Shown piece after piece: positions 27,417-37,206 of a stretch of DNA of 64,000 bases. Numbering within the stretch: the first letter of the stretch is position 1; each line of letters begins with the position of its first letter. A program made the position numbers and the translations under genes. The stretch comes from an uncultured cyanobacterium (GTDB taxonomy: Bacteria; Cyanobacteriota; Cyanobacteriia; Cyanobacteriales; Nostocaceae). Under the pieces are notes generated by a model. The model was not told the DNA's origin, made no database searches, and worked only from the letters and a program-made list of their open reading frames with translations. Location: NCBI GenBank assembly GCA_963740315.1, contig CAVUDP010000002.1:2784001-2848000 (forward strand), written 5' to 3'.

Positions 27417-28904
27417 ATGGCTACAGCTACCAATGAAATGAATGCGAATGCAACCGATAACAAGGTTGAAAACGAAGACAAAATGGTCACTGATGACAAT
27501 GGTGCATCTAATAATGCATCGAATGAAGTAGATGACTTTGAAGGAACCGGACTAGAAATTACCTCAGATATCGATTTAAATAGCGAAACTTACAGCAACT
27601 TTGAAGGAGATGGTATTGCAGTTATTGAAGATGCTGTAAATGTTGCCCTCGAAGAAGTTGAATCTACCAAAAACGGTGATGATGGCTTTGAGATTCGCGG
27701 TAATGTTAGCGAAGCTTCAGTAACAGCAAACGAATCTTCTTTCAACCTCAACGGTGATGATGGTATAGATGTTTTTGGTGAAAACAATACTGTAGATTTA
27801 TTTCGAGTTGAATCAAGCTTTAATCAAGCAGGAGGCTTGGGTGTTGATGGCATAAACAACACATTTAACATTAACACCAGCGAATTTGAAGGCAATAACG
27901 ACGGCTTAGTTATTCCTCGCACGGGTGTAGGCAACAGTTTCGATATCGAAAACTCCGCATTTTTTGATAACAAAGATGATGGGATTGATATCTTTGGTAA
28001 TGAGAACACTTTTACTTTAGATAGAGCCTCTTCAACTGGTAATAAAGAGGATGGTGTTGAGATTGATGGTAGCAATAACACAATTACTGGCAGCAACGGC
28101 AACTTTTCTGATAATGGGGGAGACGGCTTCGGTGATGATATTACTGCTACTGGCAACGAAATCACTCTAACTGCAACCACATTCCGCGATAACGGCGATG
28201 ATGGTTTCGATATTGAAGGTTCTGAAAACGTTATCACTTTAAACAATGTATCCTCTGATGGTAACGGTGAAGAGGGTTTCGAGATTGATGGACGTAACAA
28301 CACAGTTACCATTCAGGATAGAAGCGTTTTCGGTGGAAACAAAGAAGATGGTTTCGATATCGACTTCAGAGGTACGGGTAACACTATAGAAGTAATTGAG
28401 AGTGCATTTCGCAACAACGGCGATGATGGATTTGATATCTTTGGGCGTAACAACACTGTTACCTGGGATGATGTCCAATCTTTCGATAACAAAGAGCAGG
28501 GTTTTGAAGTTGATGGTGATGCCAATACTATCACTATCAAGGATAGCTTCTTAATAGATAACGGTTCTAGTGGCTTCTCATTTGATTACACCGGAGAGAA
28601 TAATAATTTAACTATCAATGATTCTGAAATCTTCCGCAATGCAGAAGATGGAATTGAAATCCTTTCTGACAACAACACTGTAGGGTTATTCGGTGTGGAT
28701 ATAATCAATAACGGTGAATGGGGATTAGATATTGCTGGTGATGAAAACTCTATCACTATTGGTAGTAGTACTTTCGAGGGTAATGAAAGCGGAGCCATCG
28801 TAATCGGTGGTGATAACAATATCCTTGAAATACTCAGCGGTACAAACTTAACTGCTGAAAATATTGTTGATAATGGCAGCAATAATACTATTACCTTTGC
28901 TTAA
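27417..28904 (+). CDS. Very acidic right-handed parallel beta-helix repeat protein
   Basis: Regular repeats of about 23-24 aa, NxxDGF[DE]IxGxxNT[IV]T; rich in D/E/N/G; no signal peptide. Confidence 0.85.
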   Translation: MATATNEMNANATDNKVENEDKMVTDDNGASNNASNEVDDFEGTGLEITSDIDLNSETYSNFEGDGIAVIEDAVNVALEEVESTKNGDDGFEIRGNVSEASVTANESSFNLNGDDGIDVFGENNTVDLFRVESSFNQAGGLGVDGINNTFNINTSEFEGNNDGLVIPRTGVGNSFDIENSAFFDNKDDGIDIFGNENTFTLDRASSTGNKEDGVEIDGSNNTITGSNGNFSDNGGDGFGDDITATGNEITLTATTFRDNGDDGFDIEGSENVITLNNVSSDGNGEEGFEIDGRNNTVTIQDRSVFGGNKEDGFDIDFRGTGNTIEVIESAFRNNGDDGFDIFGRNNTVTWDDVQSFDNKEQGFEVDGDANTITIKDSFLIDNGSSGFSFDYTGENNNLTINDSEIFRNAEDGIEILSDNNTVGLFGVDIINNGEWGLDIAGDENSITIGSSTFEGNESGAIVIGGDNNILEILSGTNLTAENIVDNGSNNTITFA

Positions 28905-29419
28905 TTACTGCCGATCGCTTTAATAAATAGCAAAAAGTAATAACCTAGAAATATGGAGAAGGCTGCATTGTTTAAATCAAGATGCTTTCTCCATTTTTTG
29001 CTGCATATTAAATTGAAGAGTTGATTCGCAAATTTTTTATTCTCTACAGAAATCTAAACTAGCTTAAATTAAAAGCGATGAATGTATGACAACCTGTCTT
29101 TTGTAATTCTTTTTTAAGAATGATATTTTATCAAAATAAAATAATTAAATAAAAACTATTCGCAAATAGGTAATCTCTTTACCGTCGAATTAAAATGATA
29201 TTGGAATCCTCAGTAATTCGTCCGAAATTGCTATGGCTATATACAGACAGATACTATTATTTTTTACGATATATTAAATAAATCCGGAATTTTATACGTA
29301 TTTATATCCAAAGTAAGCTAAGAATATTTACAGGCAAGTTGATGCAGTTATCAAAACTGTTTGCATCATAAACTTGTCTAAACAATAATCGTATAATCTT
29401 AAATTCTAGATAGCGAAAC

Positions 29420-31654
29420 ATGAAAATAAATCAATCGAGTGATGTTTATTATTTCTGGCAAGATGCTGAAACTAACACCTGGGGAGTTACAGTAGCTGAT
29501 AGCGAGTCAGATGACTTTTCTGTTATTAAAGAATTAACTTTTCCCGAACTTTCTGCAATTACTGCACTAGAAAATGAGGGTGGAAATGGTGAAGGTGCTG
29601 CTTGGGGAGATGCCATTGTTAGTAATGATGGAAAACGGATTTTTGTTAATGCCAGAAATGCCGACAAAGTAGTTGTAATTGATACAGAAAGCTATGAAGT
29701 TGAAACTATCTTAGATGTTGGCGATCGCCCGGTTCATAGTTTTGTATATGGTGATGAACTTTGGGTTCATGTGGATGGTGATGGCGGGTTTAACGTTATC
29801 AATCAAGACACTTTAGAAGTATCGGAATTTATCGCTACCAATACTGTAGGTACTGGTCACGGTAAGTTACTTGTTTCGGAGGAATTAGGGGAAAATACTT
29901 ACGTTACCAACACCCGAGAACCTGCTGTATTTCCGATTAATGTAGAGACAAGGGAAGTCAGTCCACCTATCGAAATTGCTGGTGGCAATCCCGATATCGG
30001 TACCCATGATAAAGGTTACGATCCTGCTACTGGATTAGCATTTTTTCAGCTTACTGGTAATAATGGATTTTCTTTTATCGATGCCCAGACTAATGAAGTT
30101 GTTTACGACAAAGTACCCATGTTGGGGAGAATTACCCACACTCCAAATGATGAATATATTCTGATTCTGAATGCTGCTGCTGAGGAAAACGATATCGGTA
30201 TTTGGAATACCACCCTCGATACTCATACTCAGCCAGAGTTTGATGCAGAAGTAACTATTGGTGGTGGGGTTAGCTATAGTGGAACTGAATTTTATCAAGA
30301 TGGTAGTGATTGGGAAGCCTGGATAGCTCAAACGGAAGGTGATAATGTTGCGGTTTTGGATTTAAGTACGAATGATGTTGAATATATTCCTGTAGGGGAT
30401 TTAACAGTACCTGAAGGAGCAAGACATTTTTCTCGAATCGGCGAAATTGACGAGGATTTTTTCTTTACCTATTCGGATGAAGGTGCAAAGAGAATAGATT
30501 TAGATACTTATGAAGTGTCTGATGGATTCACGCTTCCGGGGCAAGTATCTAGAATGGCTGTGGTGGATACATATGAACCATTATTAGCTGCTTTTAACTT
30601 TGATTGGATGGGACAAATTGCTGGGTTCAATGTGAATGGTGAATTCAGTTATGATTCCAATCAATCTTATGAAGATGGAATTGTACGAGAGGAAGATTTA
30701 AACTCTTTTGATATTTCTTTCTTCGACCCTAATGGTAATCTATTAAAAGCTTACGAAGATAACCATCTTACATTCCCAGAATTTAATTTCGCTTTCGATA
30801 CTAATACTAAAGAAATCTTGCAAGATGGGGCATATTTTGAACCTGATGGTATTAACGTAGGTGAAAAAACCGCGATAGGAGATAATGAATTTACTGGCTT
30901 AAATTTGTGGTCGCGTCCACTATTAAATCCTTTTGGAGAAGTTCCACCACCACACCTTCATGTTGATGATTGGAGCGACGAATTTGATCTTCCCCTCGGA
31001 TTTGGTTCTCATGAAGATGTGGCATTTTTCACGCTCACAACTGAGGAACTTTTAGAAACTGGTAGGGTGGGAGAAACTTATGTTGATAAAATACAGGATA
31101 GTTTGGATGAAGTAGGACAAAGAATTAAAGTCACACCCGTTGAACCCGATGATTCGTCATATTTATCTTTTGAACCTTTATTTGGAACTATTAACGGTGA
31201 AACTATCGAAATAGAAAGTAGCAACCGTCTGGTTTTTGCTGGCGATTCTGACGATTTAATTGATGCTTCTATTAGCAGTAAAGGCGGTAATCGTATTTAC
31301 GCTGGTAGCGGTGACGATACTTTGATATTGGGCAAAAAAGATAGACTTATCGGTGGTGAAGGTGACGACAAATTCTTTACCGTTTCCGGTGGTGAAAATA
31401 CGATCGCTGGTGGTGCGGGTGCAGATCAATTTTGGATTGCTGTTGCTGAGATTCCCGATGCAGCAAATATAATTTCTGACTTTACCAGTGGTGAAGATGT
31501 GCTGGGTATAGCTGGTTTAGGTATTAGCTTTGAGGATTTGACTATTACTCAACAACAAGGAAATGCTTTGATTGCAGCTAGCGGTTCGGATTTAGCAGTT
31601 TTAAAAGGAATTGAAGCAGATAGTTTGAGTGCGGATAACTTTGCTTTTGCTTAA
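29420..31654 (+). CDS. Secreted beta-propeller (YncE/YVTN-like) protein with RTX-type calcium-binding C-terminus
   Basis: DGKRIFVNA..VVVIDT..VGDRP; C-terminal IYAGSGDDTL, GGEGDD, GGAGADQF, ISDFTSGED, ADNFAFA. Confidence 0.8.
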   Translation: MKINQSSDVYYFWQDAETNTWGVTVADSESDDFSVIKELTFPELSAITALENEGGNGEGAAWGDAIVSNDGKRIFVNARNADKVVVIDTESYEVETILDVGDRPVHSFVYGDELWVHVDGDGGFNVINQDTLEVSEFIATNTVGTGHGKLLVSEELGENTYVTNTREPAVFPINVETREVSPPIEIAGGNPDIGTHDKGYDPATGLAFFQLTGNNGFSFIDAQTNEVVYDKVPMLGRITHTPNDEYILILNAAAEENDIGIWNTTLDTHTQPEFDAEVTIGGGVSYSGTEFYQDGSDWEAWIAQTEGDNVAVLDLSTNDVEYIPVGDLTVPEGARHFSRIGEIDEDFFFTYSDEGAKRIDLDTYEVSDGFTLPGQVSRMAVVDTYEPLLAAFNFDWMGQIAGFNVNGEFSYDSNQSYEDGIVREEDLNSFDISFFDPNGNLLKAYEDNHLTFPEFNFAFDTNTKEILQDGAYFEPDGINVGEKTAIGDNEFTGLNLWSRPLLNPFGEVPPPHLHVDDWSDEFDLPLGFGSHEDVAFFTLTTEELLETGRVGETYVDKIQDSLDEVGQRIKVTPVEPDDSSYLSFEPLFGTINGETIEIESSNRLVFAGDSDDLIDASISSKGGNRIYAGSGDDTLILGKKDRLIGGEGDDKFFTVSGGENTIAGGAGADQFWIAVAEIPDAANIISDFTSGEDVLGIAGLGISFEDLTITQQQGNALIAASGSDLAVLKGIEADSLSADNFAFA

Positions 31655-31756
31655 ACACTTCTAAATATTTCATAAACAATTAACAAACCCGGTTTTTCCA
31701 AAAAACAGGGTTTATCGTAATATCTAACTATAATTATTTTGGTTCTTCAGCACTTG

Positions 31757-31901
31757 GTATGCTAATTAAATAGTCGTAAAAAGGCAGAAGGCAGTAGGCA
31801 GTAGGGAAAAAAGGAAGATATTAGTAATAAATGAAGTAAACAACAATCAAAACCTTTGCATAGTAAGTGTTACAGCTATTTTCACCCATAATTTAGCATA
31901 C
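31757..31901. mobile_element. MITE-like element
   Basis: Terminal inverted repeats GTATGCTAA...TTAGCATAC with an internal AGGCAGT heptamer tract. Confidence 0.55.
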
Positions 31902-31982
31902 TATGTAATGAAGAGCCATTATTTTTCTCTACTCCCTACTCCCTACTCCCTACCCCCTACTCCCTATCCCCTACTCTTACAA

Positions 31983-32651
31983 ATGACCAACCCTACTTCT
32001 TACACTATAAAAGCTGGAGATACCCTAAGCGCGATCGCACAACTTCATTTAGGTAGCGCTAACCGTTGGCAAGAGATAACTAAAGATACGGGAGAATGCT
32101 TTACTGAAAACGAAGCGCGTCGTTTACAAATCGGGCAAGTTGTTTATTTACCGTTAGAAAATACTACTAATACTAATATTCAAGCTGATTGTAATAATAA
32201 AAAAATTAGTAATAATGGTTTAAAATTTATTGCCGAGCATGAAGGAATGATTCTAAATCTTTATAACGATCCTGCCAATCATGCCACAATTGGTGTAGGA
32301 CATTTAGTACATTACGGTCCAATTAATGGCAGCGAACCGGAAGAATTTAAACGTGGAATTACTAAAGATAGGGCAATGGAAATTTTACAATCTGATGTAA
32401 TTATAGCAGAAAATACAGTTAATAAATTAGTAAAAGTACCGCTGAATCAAAATCAATTTGATGCCCTTGTGAGTTTTGTATTTAATATTGGAGAAACACA
32501 ATTTTCATCTTCTACACTGTTAGCTAAATTGAATAACAAAGATTACAATTGCGTGCCAAGCGAATTAAATCGTTGGGTTCATGGTGACGGGGAAAAATTA
32601 CCCGGTTTAATTAACCGTCGTCGGGATGAAGGGAATTTATTTAAGAAATAA
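31983..32651 (+). CDS. LysM domain plus GH24 (phage-type) lysozyme (ORF track start 31908 includes an STRR-derived leader)
   Basis: YTIKAGDTLSAIA LysM; HEGMILNLYNDPANHATIGVGH catalytic E-D-T; LNQNQFDALVSFVFNIG; LPGLINRRRDE. Confidence 0.9.
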   Translation: MTNPTSYTIKAGDTLSAIAQLHLGSANRWQEITKDTGECFTENEARRLQIGQVVYLPLENTTNTNIQADCNNKKISNNGLKFIAEHEGMILNLYNDPANHATIGVGHLVHYGPINGSEPEEFKRGITKDRAMEILQSDVIIAENTVNKLVKVPLNQNQFDALVSFVFNIGETQFSSSTLLAKLNNKDYNCVPSELNRWVHGDGEKLPGLINRRRDEGNLFKK

Positions 32652-32679
32652 CAGTCTGATTAATTGCTTTACAACCGTC

Positions 32680-32810
32680 TAAGTACTTAGGTAAAATTAA
32701 TTGTGCATTTGTCATTGCGAGTGGAACGAAGTGAAACGACGCAATCTCAAAGTGTTGCGATTGCTCCGCTGTCGCTCGCAATGACACAAATAATTTTGCA
32801 CACCCACTTA
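32680..32810. mobile_element. MITE-like element with internal long hairpin
   Basis: Ends TAAGT.../...ACTTA; inner inverted repeat TGTCATTGCGAG...CTCGCAATGACA. Confidence 0.6.
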
Positions 32811-32840
32811 CTATATATATAAGCTAATATTTATAACCGT

Positions 32841-33065
32841 ATGGAAACTAAACAAATTCTGGAACTACTACCTCAGTTAAGCACGGATGATAAGCTGAAA
32901 ATTGTCGAATTAGCACTACAATTAGTTAATCAAGAACAACAGTCTTTGACTTCAGATGAGCAAAAACGACTTTTAGCTGCTGCTGCAAAAACAGCGATAG
33001 ATGATTATACAGAAGGTAGCGAACTTCTCGTCTTTTCTGAAATTGAAGGAGAATTTTATGATTAA
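32841..33065 (+). CDS. Small hypothetical protein, antitoxin-like
   Basis: 74-aa helical acidic ORF with ATG; no toxin gene follows. Confidence 0.55.
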   Translation: METKQILELLPQLSTDDKLKIVELALQLVNQEQQSLTSDEQKRLLAAAAKTAIDDYTEGSELLVFSEIEGEFYD

Positions 33066-33164
33066 TAAGAAAAGCTGAACTTTCAGACTCATCCATGCTT
33101 CTTGTTTCTCAAGCATTAGCGACTGTTTTGAGCCTTTGAATTTACTATTACCAATTAATTAATA

Positions 33165-33626
33165 ATGTCTAACTTTTATCAAAATAACCCGCTACTTGGA
33201 ACTTGGAAACTAATTTCCATAACGGCTATATTTCCCGACGGAAATGTTGATAAAGAAGCATTTGGAGCTAATCCCATTGGCTATATCACCTATACCATCG
33301 AAGGTAAAATGATGGTGATTTTCTCAAAAGGCGATCGCACATTATTAAGCGGTAATTCAGCTTCACCTCTTACTGCTGCTATACATCAGGTACCAATTGA
33401 AGAGCGATCGCAAGCGCTTTCTACTTTTAATTCATACGCTGGAAGTTATACCTTTGATGGTAATAAAGTTATTCATCATGTCGAAATCGCATCAATTCCC
33501 AATCGTGTAGGTAAGAATTTAACTAGAAATTTTAAATTAGATGGCAATCGAGTTACTTTAACAACCCCACCAAGTAAAAGCGATGATGCACAAAAATTTG
33601 AATTGGTGTGGGAACGGGTAGAATAG
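33165..33626 (+). CDS. Lipocalin-like domain protein
   Basis: LLGTWKLIS, PIGYITYT, SYAGSY, LVWERV. Confidence 0.85.
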   Translation: MSNFYQNNPLLGTWKLISITAIFPDGNVDKEAFGANPIGYITYTIEGKMMVIFSKGDRTLLSGNSASPLTAAIHQVPIEERSQALSTFNSYAGSYTFDGNKVIHHVEIASIPNRVGKNLTRNFKLDGNRVTLTTPPSKSDDAQKFELVWERVE

Positions 33627-33672
33627 TCAGAGGTCAAAGGTTAAAGGTTGAAGATTATTTCTTTAATAGAAT

Positions 33673-33733
33673 AAAAAAACCGCAAAACACGAAGTTTCAC
33701 GGCTTTTAAGTGTAATGTGAGGAGCTTAACTTT
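33673..33733 (-). ncRNA. Candidate small RNA 1, Yfr1-like (CUCCUCACAUUACAC followed by a terminator)
   Basis: Minus strand: TATAAT box at 33740-33745, then GCTCCTCACATTACAC, then stem GCCGTGAAAC/GTTTTGCGGT with G-U pairs and a U7 tail. Confidence 0.6.
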
Positions 33734-33879
33734 AACACCATTATAACCAGCAAGTTGCTGCACAAACCCTTGCGTATCGATTTTTGTAACAATATTTTGA
33801 ATTAGACAAACATCGATTTTGACTATTTATATTTCTTCCTAAAGGATGAGCTAAAAATACTCTGCGCTCCCGTGCATAT

Positions 33880-33956
33880 AAAAAAAGAAAACCGTGGGAT
33901 ATTTCAGGGAGGTCCACGGTTTTAAATAATATGGTGTAAGGAGATTTGCTTATTTA
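33880..33956 (-). ncRNA. Candidate small RNA 2, paralog of sRNA 1 (CUCCUUACACCAUAU followed by a terminator)
   Basis: Minus strand: TAGAAT box at 33963-33968, then TCTCCTTACACCATAT, then stem AAAACCGTGG/CCACGGTTTT and a U tail. Confidence 0.6.
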
Positions 33957-34060
33957 ATCTTAATTCTATAATTAGCAAGCTCTAATAGTTCGCTGGTAAC
34001 AATTTTGGTAACGGGATAATTTTGCTTTCTTATTTATGCAATTGTCAGCAAATACTATAC

Positions 34061-35047
34061 TTACAATAAAGCACCACCACAACTCGATCCGCTACCAGCA
34101 GTGCAACCATAACAGTAGTTAGCAGTTTGCACTTCACCAATCAAGTTTAAATTACCCGCTTCGAGCAACTTGGCTACTGTAATATTTTCTCCATTACGAG
34201 TTTTCGCAGGTAAATTCATCATCTGGTTGAAGTCGCAATCGTAAACGTTACCGAGATAATCAATTGAGAGTTCATCGCGACACATCAAATTTTCCACGGT
34301 AACGGCGTTGAAATTCGATTCCAGAAAGTGTAAGTAAGGCTTGTATAGTTTCGTTCTTTCTAAATGAAACTTAGTTCTACCAACAGGTAAATTAGTTATG
34401 GCAAATAAGTTGTCGAATACAATACCGAAGTTATCCTGCAAAAACTTTTTGTAATCCTGTTCTAACTTAACTTGGTTGGGAGTTAAAGCAAAATTTTCGT
34501 TTGTAGGTAATTGTGGGTTGTAAACCAAATCCAAAATTAAATCTGATTCCTTGGCATAACCCAATTGATTTAACCATTGCAGCGCTTTCACCGAAGCATC
34601 AAAAACACCATCACCGCGCATTTTATCAACATTATCGGCAAGGTAACAAGGTAAAGAAGCAACAACTCTAACTTTGTGTTGAGCAAAGTATTCTGGAATA
34701 TCGCCAAATCCATCCTCAAAATAAATAGTTAAATTCGAGCGAACAATTACCTGTTTATCATTCTTTCTTGCAGCTTCTACAAGTTGCTTAAAACCATAAT
34801 TCATTTCCGGTGCGCCACCAGTTAAGTCTACAATTTTAATCTCAGGAAATCTGTTAATTACTTCAATTAACTGCTCGCAAATTTCTTGAGAAAGTTCTTC
34901 AGTTCTTTTTGGTCCCGCATCCACATGACAGTGACTGCAAGCAAGATTACAACGCTTACCTAAATTGATTTGTAAAACGTTGATTTGATTTTTTGTTAAG
35001 GTCGAATTGAGTTTACGTTTGAAAGGTGTTACTGTAGTTTGAATCAT
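34061..35047 (-). CDS. arsS: Arsenosugar biosynthesis radical SAM protein
   Basis: QINLGKRCNLACSHCHVDAGP, DLTGGAPEMN, YDCDFNQM, CYGCTAGSGSSCGGAL; directly downstream of arsM. Confidence 0.9.
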   Translation of the reverse strand: MIQTTVTPFKRKLNSTLTKNQINVLQINLGKRCNLACSHCHVDAGPKRTEELSQEICEQLIEVINRFPEIKIVDLTGGAPEMNYGFKQLVEAARKNDKQVIVRSNLTIYFEDGFGDIPEYFAQHKVRVVASLPCYLADNVDKMRGDGVFDASVKALQWLNQLGYAKESDLILDLVYNPQLPTNENFALTPNQVKLEQDYKKFLQDNFGIVFDNLFAITNLPVGRTKFHLERTKLYKPYLHFLESNFNAVTVENLMCRDELSIDYLGNVYDCDFNQMMNLPAKTRNGENITVAKLLEAGNLNLIGEVQTANYCYGCTAGSGSSCGGALL

Positions 35048-35242
35048 AAATAATTGGTAATTGGGGATTGGGGATTGGTATACCCCCGCACGCTCCGCGT
35101 GAATGGGGATTGGTAATTGGACGTTTTTCGTTTAGGAAAAAAAAATCGTCAATAAAAAATAGCAAGGGAGCAAGATGCTCCCACTACAAATGATTTATTA
35201 ATTCCTAACTGGTAACTGGTAACTGCTCACTGTTCACTGATA

Positions 35243-36211
35243 TTAACAGCATCCGCCGCCGTCGTAGTACCAGGTTGAATCGGTGACAATGACTTTTTCT
35301 GGTAAGGCAGCAGCTAAGTTTCTAGCAGTTTTATCGCATACGGCTGCTGGAATTCCTCGCTGTAAAATATGACCGTTGTTATCATCAAAGTATGGTTCAG
35401 ATCCAGCATATATTGCTGTTTTTCCGGTGAAAATACAAGCGCCATCTTCTGGAATTGCTACTTTAAATGCTACTGAATCAAGACTTTCTAAAAGTAGATT
35501 TTCTTCTAAGTTATAAGTAATAGCTTCCAACAGACGATAAGGACGACGAGCGCGAATTTCAACTTGTCCAAAACCAACATTTATAATGCGTTGAACATAC
35601 TCGTCATAAGTTAACGCACCAGATAAACACATGGCTCGCAAACGCTCATCTTTTTTTAAATGTTCGGGTATTGAACTAGTAGCAATTGGATCGCTCATTT
35701 GTAAACGTCCGCCCGGTTTTAATACACGATATGCTTCTTTTAAAGCACGAGTTAAATCTTCGGGTTCAAAAATATTAAAAAGACAGTTTTGGGCAACAAT
35801 ATCAACCGAACTATCGGGAACTGGTATATTAAAAGCATCGCCTTCGCGAATTTCTACGAAGCTAGTATCAAACCAAGGATTATCTTTAGCTGCAACTTCT
35901 AAATTCTCCTTCGCAGCTTTACGCATATCTGCAACTGGATCTACTGCAATTACCGCACCAGCACGACGGGAGAAGTAAGCGAATTGTAAAGCTTCCAAAC
36001 CACCACCAACGCCTACATATAATACAGTTGGATCGTTATTGAGTTCGTTAGCGTGAACCGTGGTACCGCAACCGTAATTCATTTCCTGCATTTTCAAAGG
36101 AATATGCAAACCCGGTAACTGCATTGGCGTACTTTGCACGCAACAAAGTCCAACTTCGGGGGTTTGCGCTACTTCGCTGTAAAATTGGGCTGCCGTTTCT
36201 AGGTAGGTCAT
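35243..36211 (-). CDS. arsM: Arsenite S-adenosylmethionine methyltransferase (arsenosugar pathway type)
   Basis: GLCC, MNYGCGTTVH, LYVGVGGG, AQNCLFN, RAMCLSGA, C-terminal GGGCC. Confidence 0.9.
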   Translation of the reverse strand: MTYLETAAQFYSEVAQTPEVGLCCVQSTPMQLPGLHIPLKMQEMNYGCGTTVHANELNNDPTVLYVGVGGGLEALQFAYFSRRAGAVIAVDPVADMRKAAKENLEVAAKDNPWFDTSFVEIREGDAFNIPVPDSSVDIVAQNCLFNIFEPEDLTRALKEAYRVLKPGGRLQMSDPIATSSIPEHLKKDERLRAMCLSGALTYDEYVQRIINVGFGQVEIRARRPYRLLEAITYNLEENLLLESLDSVAFKVAIPEDGACIFTGKTAIYAGSEPYFDDNNGHILQRGIPAAVCDKTARNLAAALPEKVIVTDSTWYYDGGGCC

Positions 36212-36324
36212 TCGATTTTGGATTTACGATTTTGGATTTTAGATTGTTCTTAAAAGAAGCTAAATAAATAGTAATATTAATAACTCTAAGTTGTGCGAAC
36301 GTTAGATGAAAATCGATTTAGTTG

Positions 36325-36360
36325 AAAAAAGCGGTAGCAGGTAAAACACCCGCCCCACTG
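36325..36360 (-). terminator. Rho-independent terminator downstream of the response regulator and upstream of arsM
   Basis: Minus strand AGTGGGGCGGGT-GTTTT-ACCTGCTACCGC followed by T6. Confidence 0.6.
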
Positions 36361-36531
36361 TTGATTCTACAAGGCTGACAAAAATCTAGGAACAGATTCT
36401 TTATATATTTATTTAAATATGTTTTCCCCTGTGCTAGATGAGTTTTTGCTGAGAGCAAGCTTAGATAAGATTAATTTTTATTCATCATTCTTGAGAGGTA
36501 AAATACATTACGCTTGCAGTTTTAAATAAAC

Positions 36532-37206
36532 TCATCGCAAAACATAACCAACACCCCGTACCGTTTGAATCAGCCGCTTTTCGTTATTCGCTTCCAACTT
36601 CAACCGCAGGTAACGCACGTAAACTTCGATAATGTTGGAATCCCCCATGAAATCGTAACCCCAGACTTCTTCGAGAATGCGATCGCGTGTTATGACTTGT
36701 CGGGGATGTCCCAGTAAATATTCGAGTAAATCAAACTCTTTTGCTGTCAATTCGATCGCTCGCGAATCTCGGTTAACTTCCCTAGTGCTGCGGTTTAATT
36801 TTAAATCCTCAAACTGCAAAATATCTGCGTCACTTTCTTCGGATGTTCTGCGAATGCGTGCCCGTACTCTCGCCAATAGCTCTTCAACACTGAACGGTTT
36901 TACTACATAGTCATCCGCACCTGCATCCAAACCAGCAACGCGATCGCTAACTTCGTCTTTTGCGGTTAACAAAATTATCGGTACTTTATCGCCGGTGCTT
37001 CGCAAGCGTCGGCAAATTTCTAAACCAGTCATACCCGGTAGCATCCAGTCTAAAAGGATTAAATCGGGTTGAGATTCCCGCGCCATCGTTAATCCGCTTA
37101 ATCCATCATTAGCAACGCTGACTTGATAACCTTCAAAACCCAACTCTAATTCTACAAATTTAGCCAGTTTTACTTCATCTTCTACCAGTAAAATGTGCGC
37201 TGTCAT
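36532..37206 (-). CDS. OmpR family response regulator
   Basis: ILLVEDE, LLDWMLPG, LLTAKD, GADDYVVKPF, IQTVRGVGY. Confidence 0.95.
   Translation of the reverse strand: MTAHILLVEDEVKLAKFVELELGFEGYQVSVANDGLSGLTMARESQPDLILLDWMLPGMTGLEICRRLRSTGDKVPIILLTAKDEVSDRVAGLDAGADDYVVKPFSVEELLARVRARIRRTSEESDADILQFEDLKLNRSTREVNRDSRAIELTAKEFDLLEYLLGHPRQVITRDRILEEVWGYDFMGDSNIIEVYVRYLRLKLEANNEKRLIQTVRGVGYVLR

Noticed and set aside
27590..28882. Ser/Pro-rich minus-strand ORFs
   Set aside because: Antisense shadows of the repetitive beta-helix gene.
31908..33065. Prophage
   Set aside because: Only a lysozyme is present; no integrase, structural, terminase or holin genes.
34061..35047. Selenocysteine in ArsS
   Set aside because: The C-terminal GSSCGG motif is encoded with Cys and there is no in-frame TGA.
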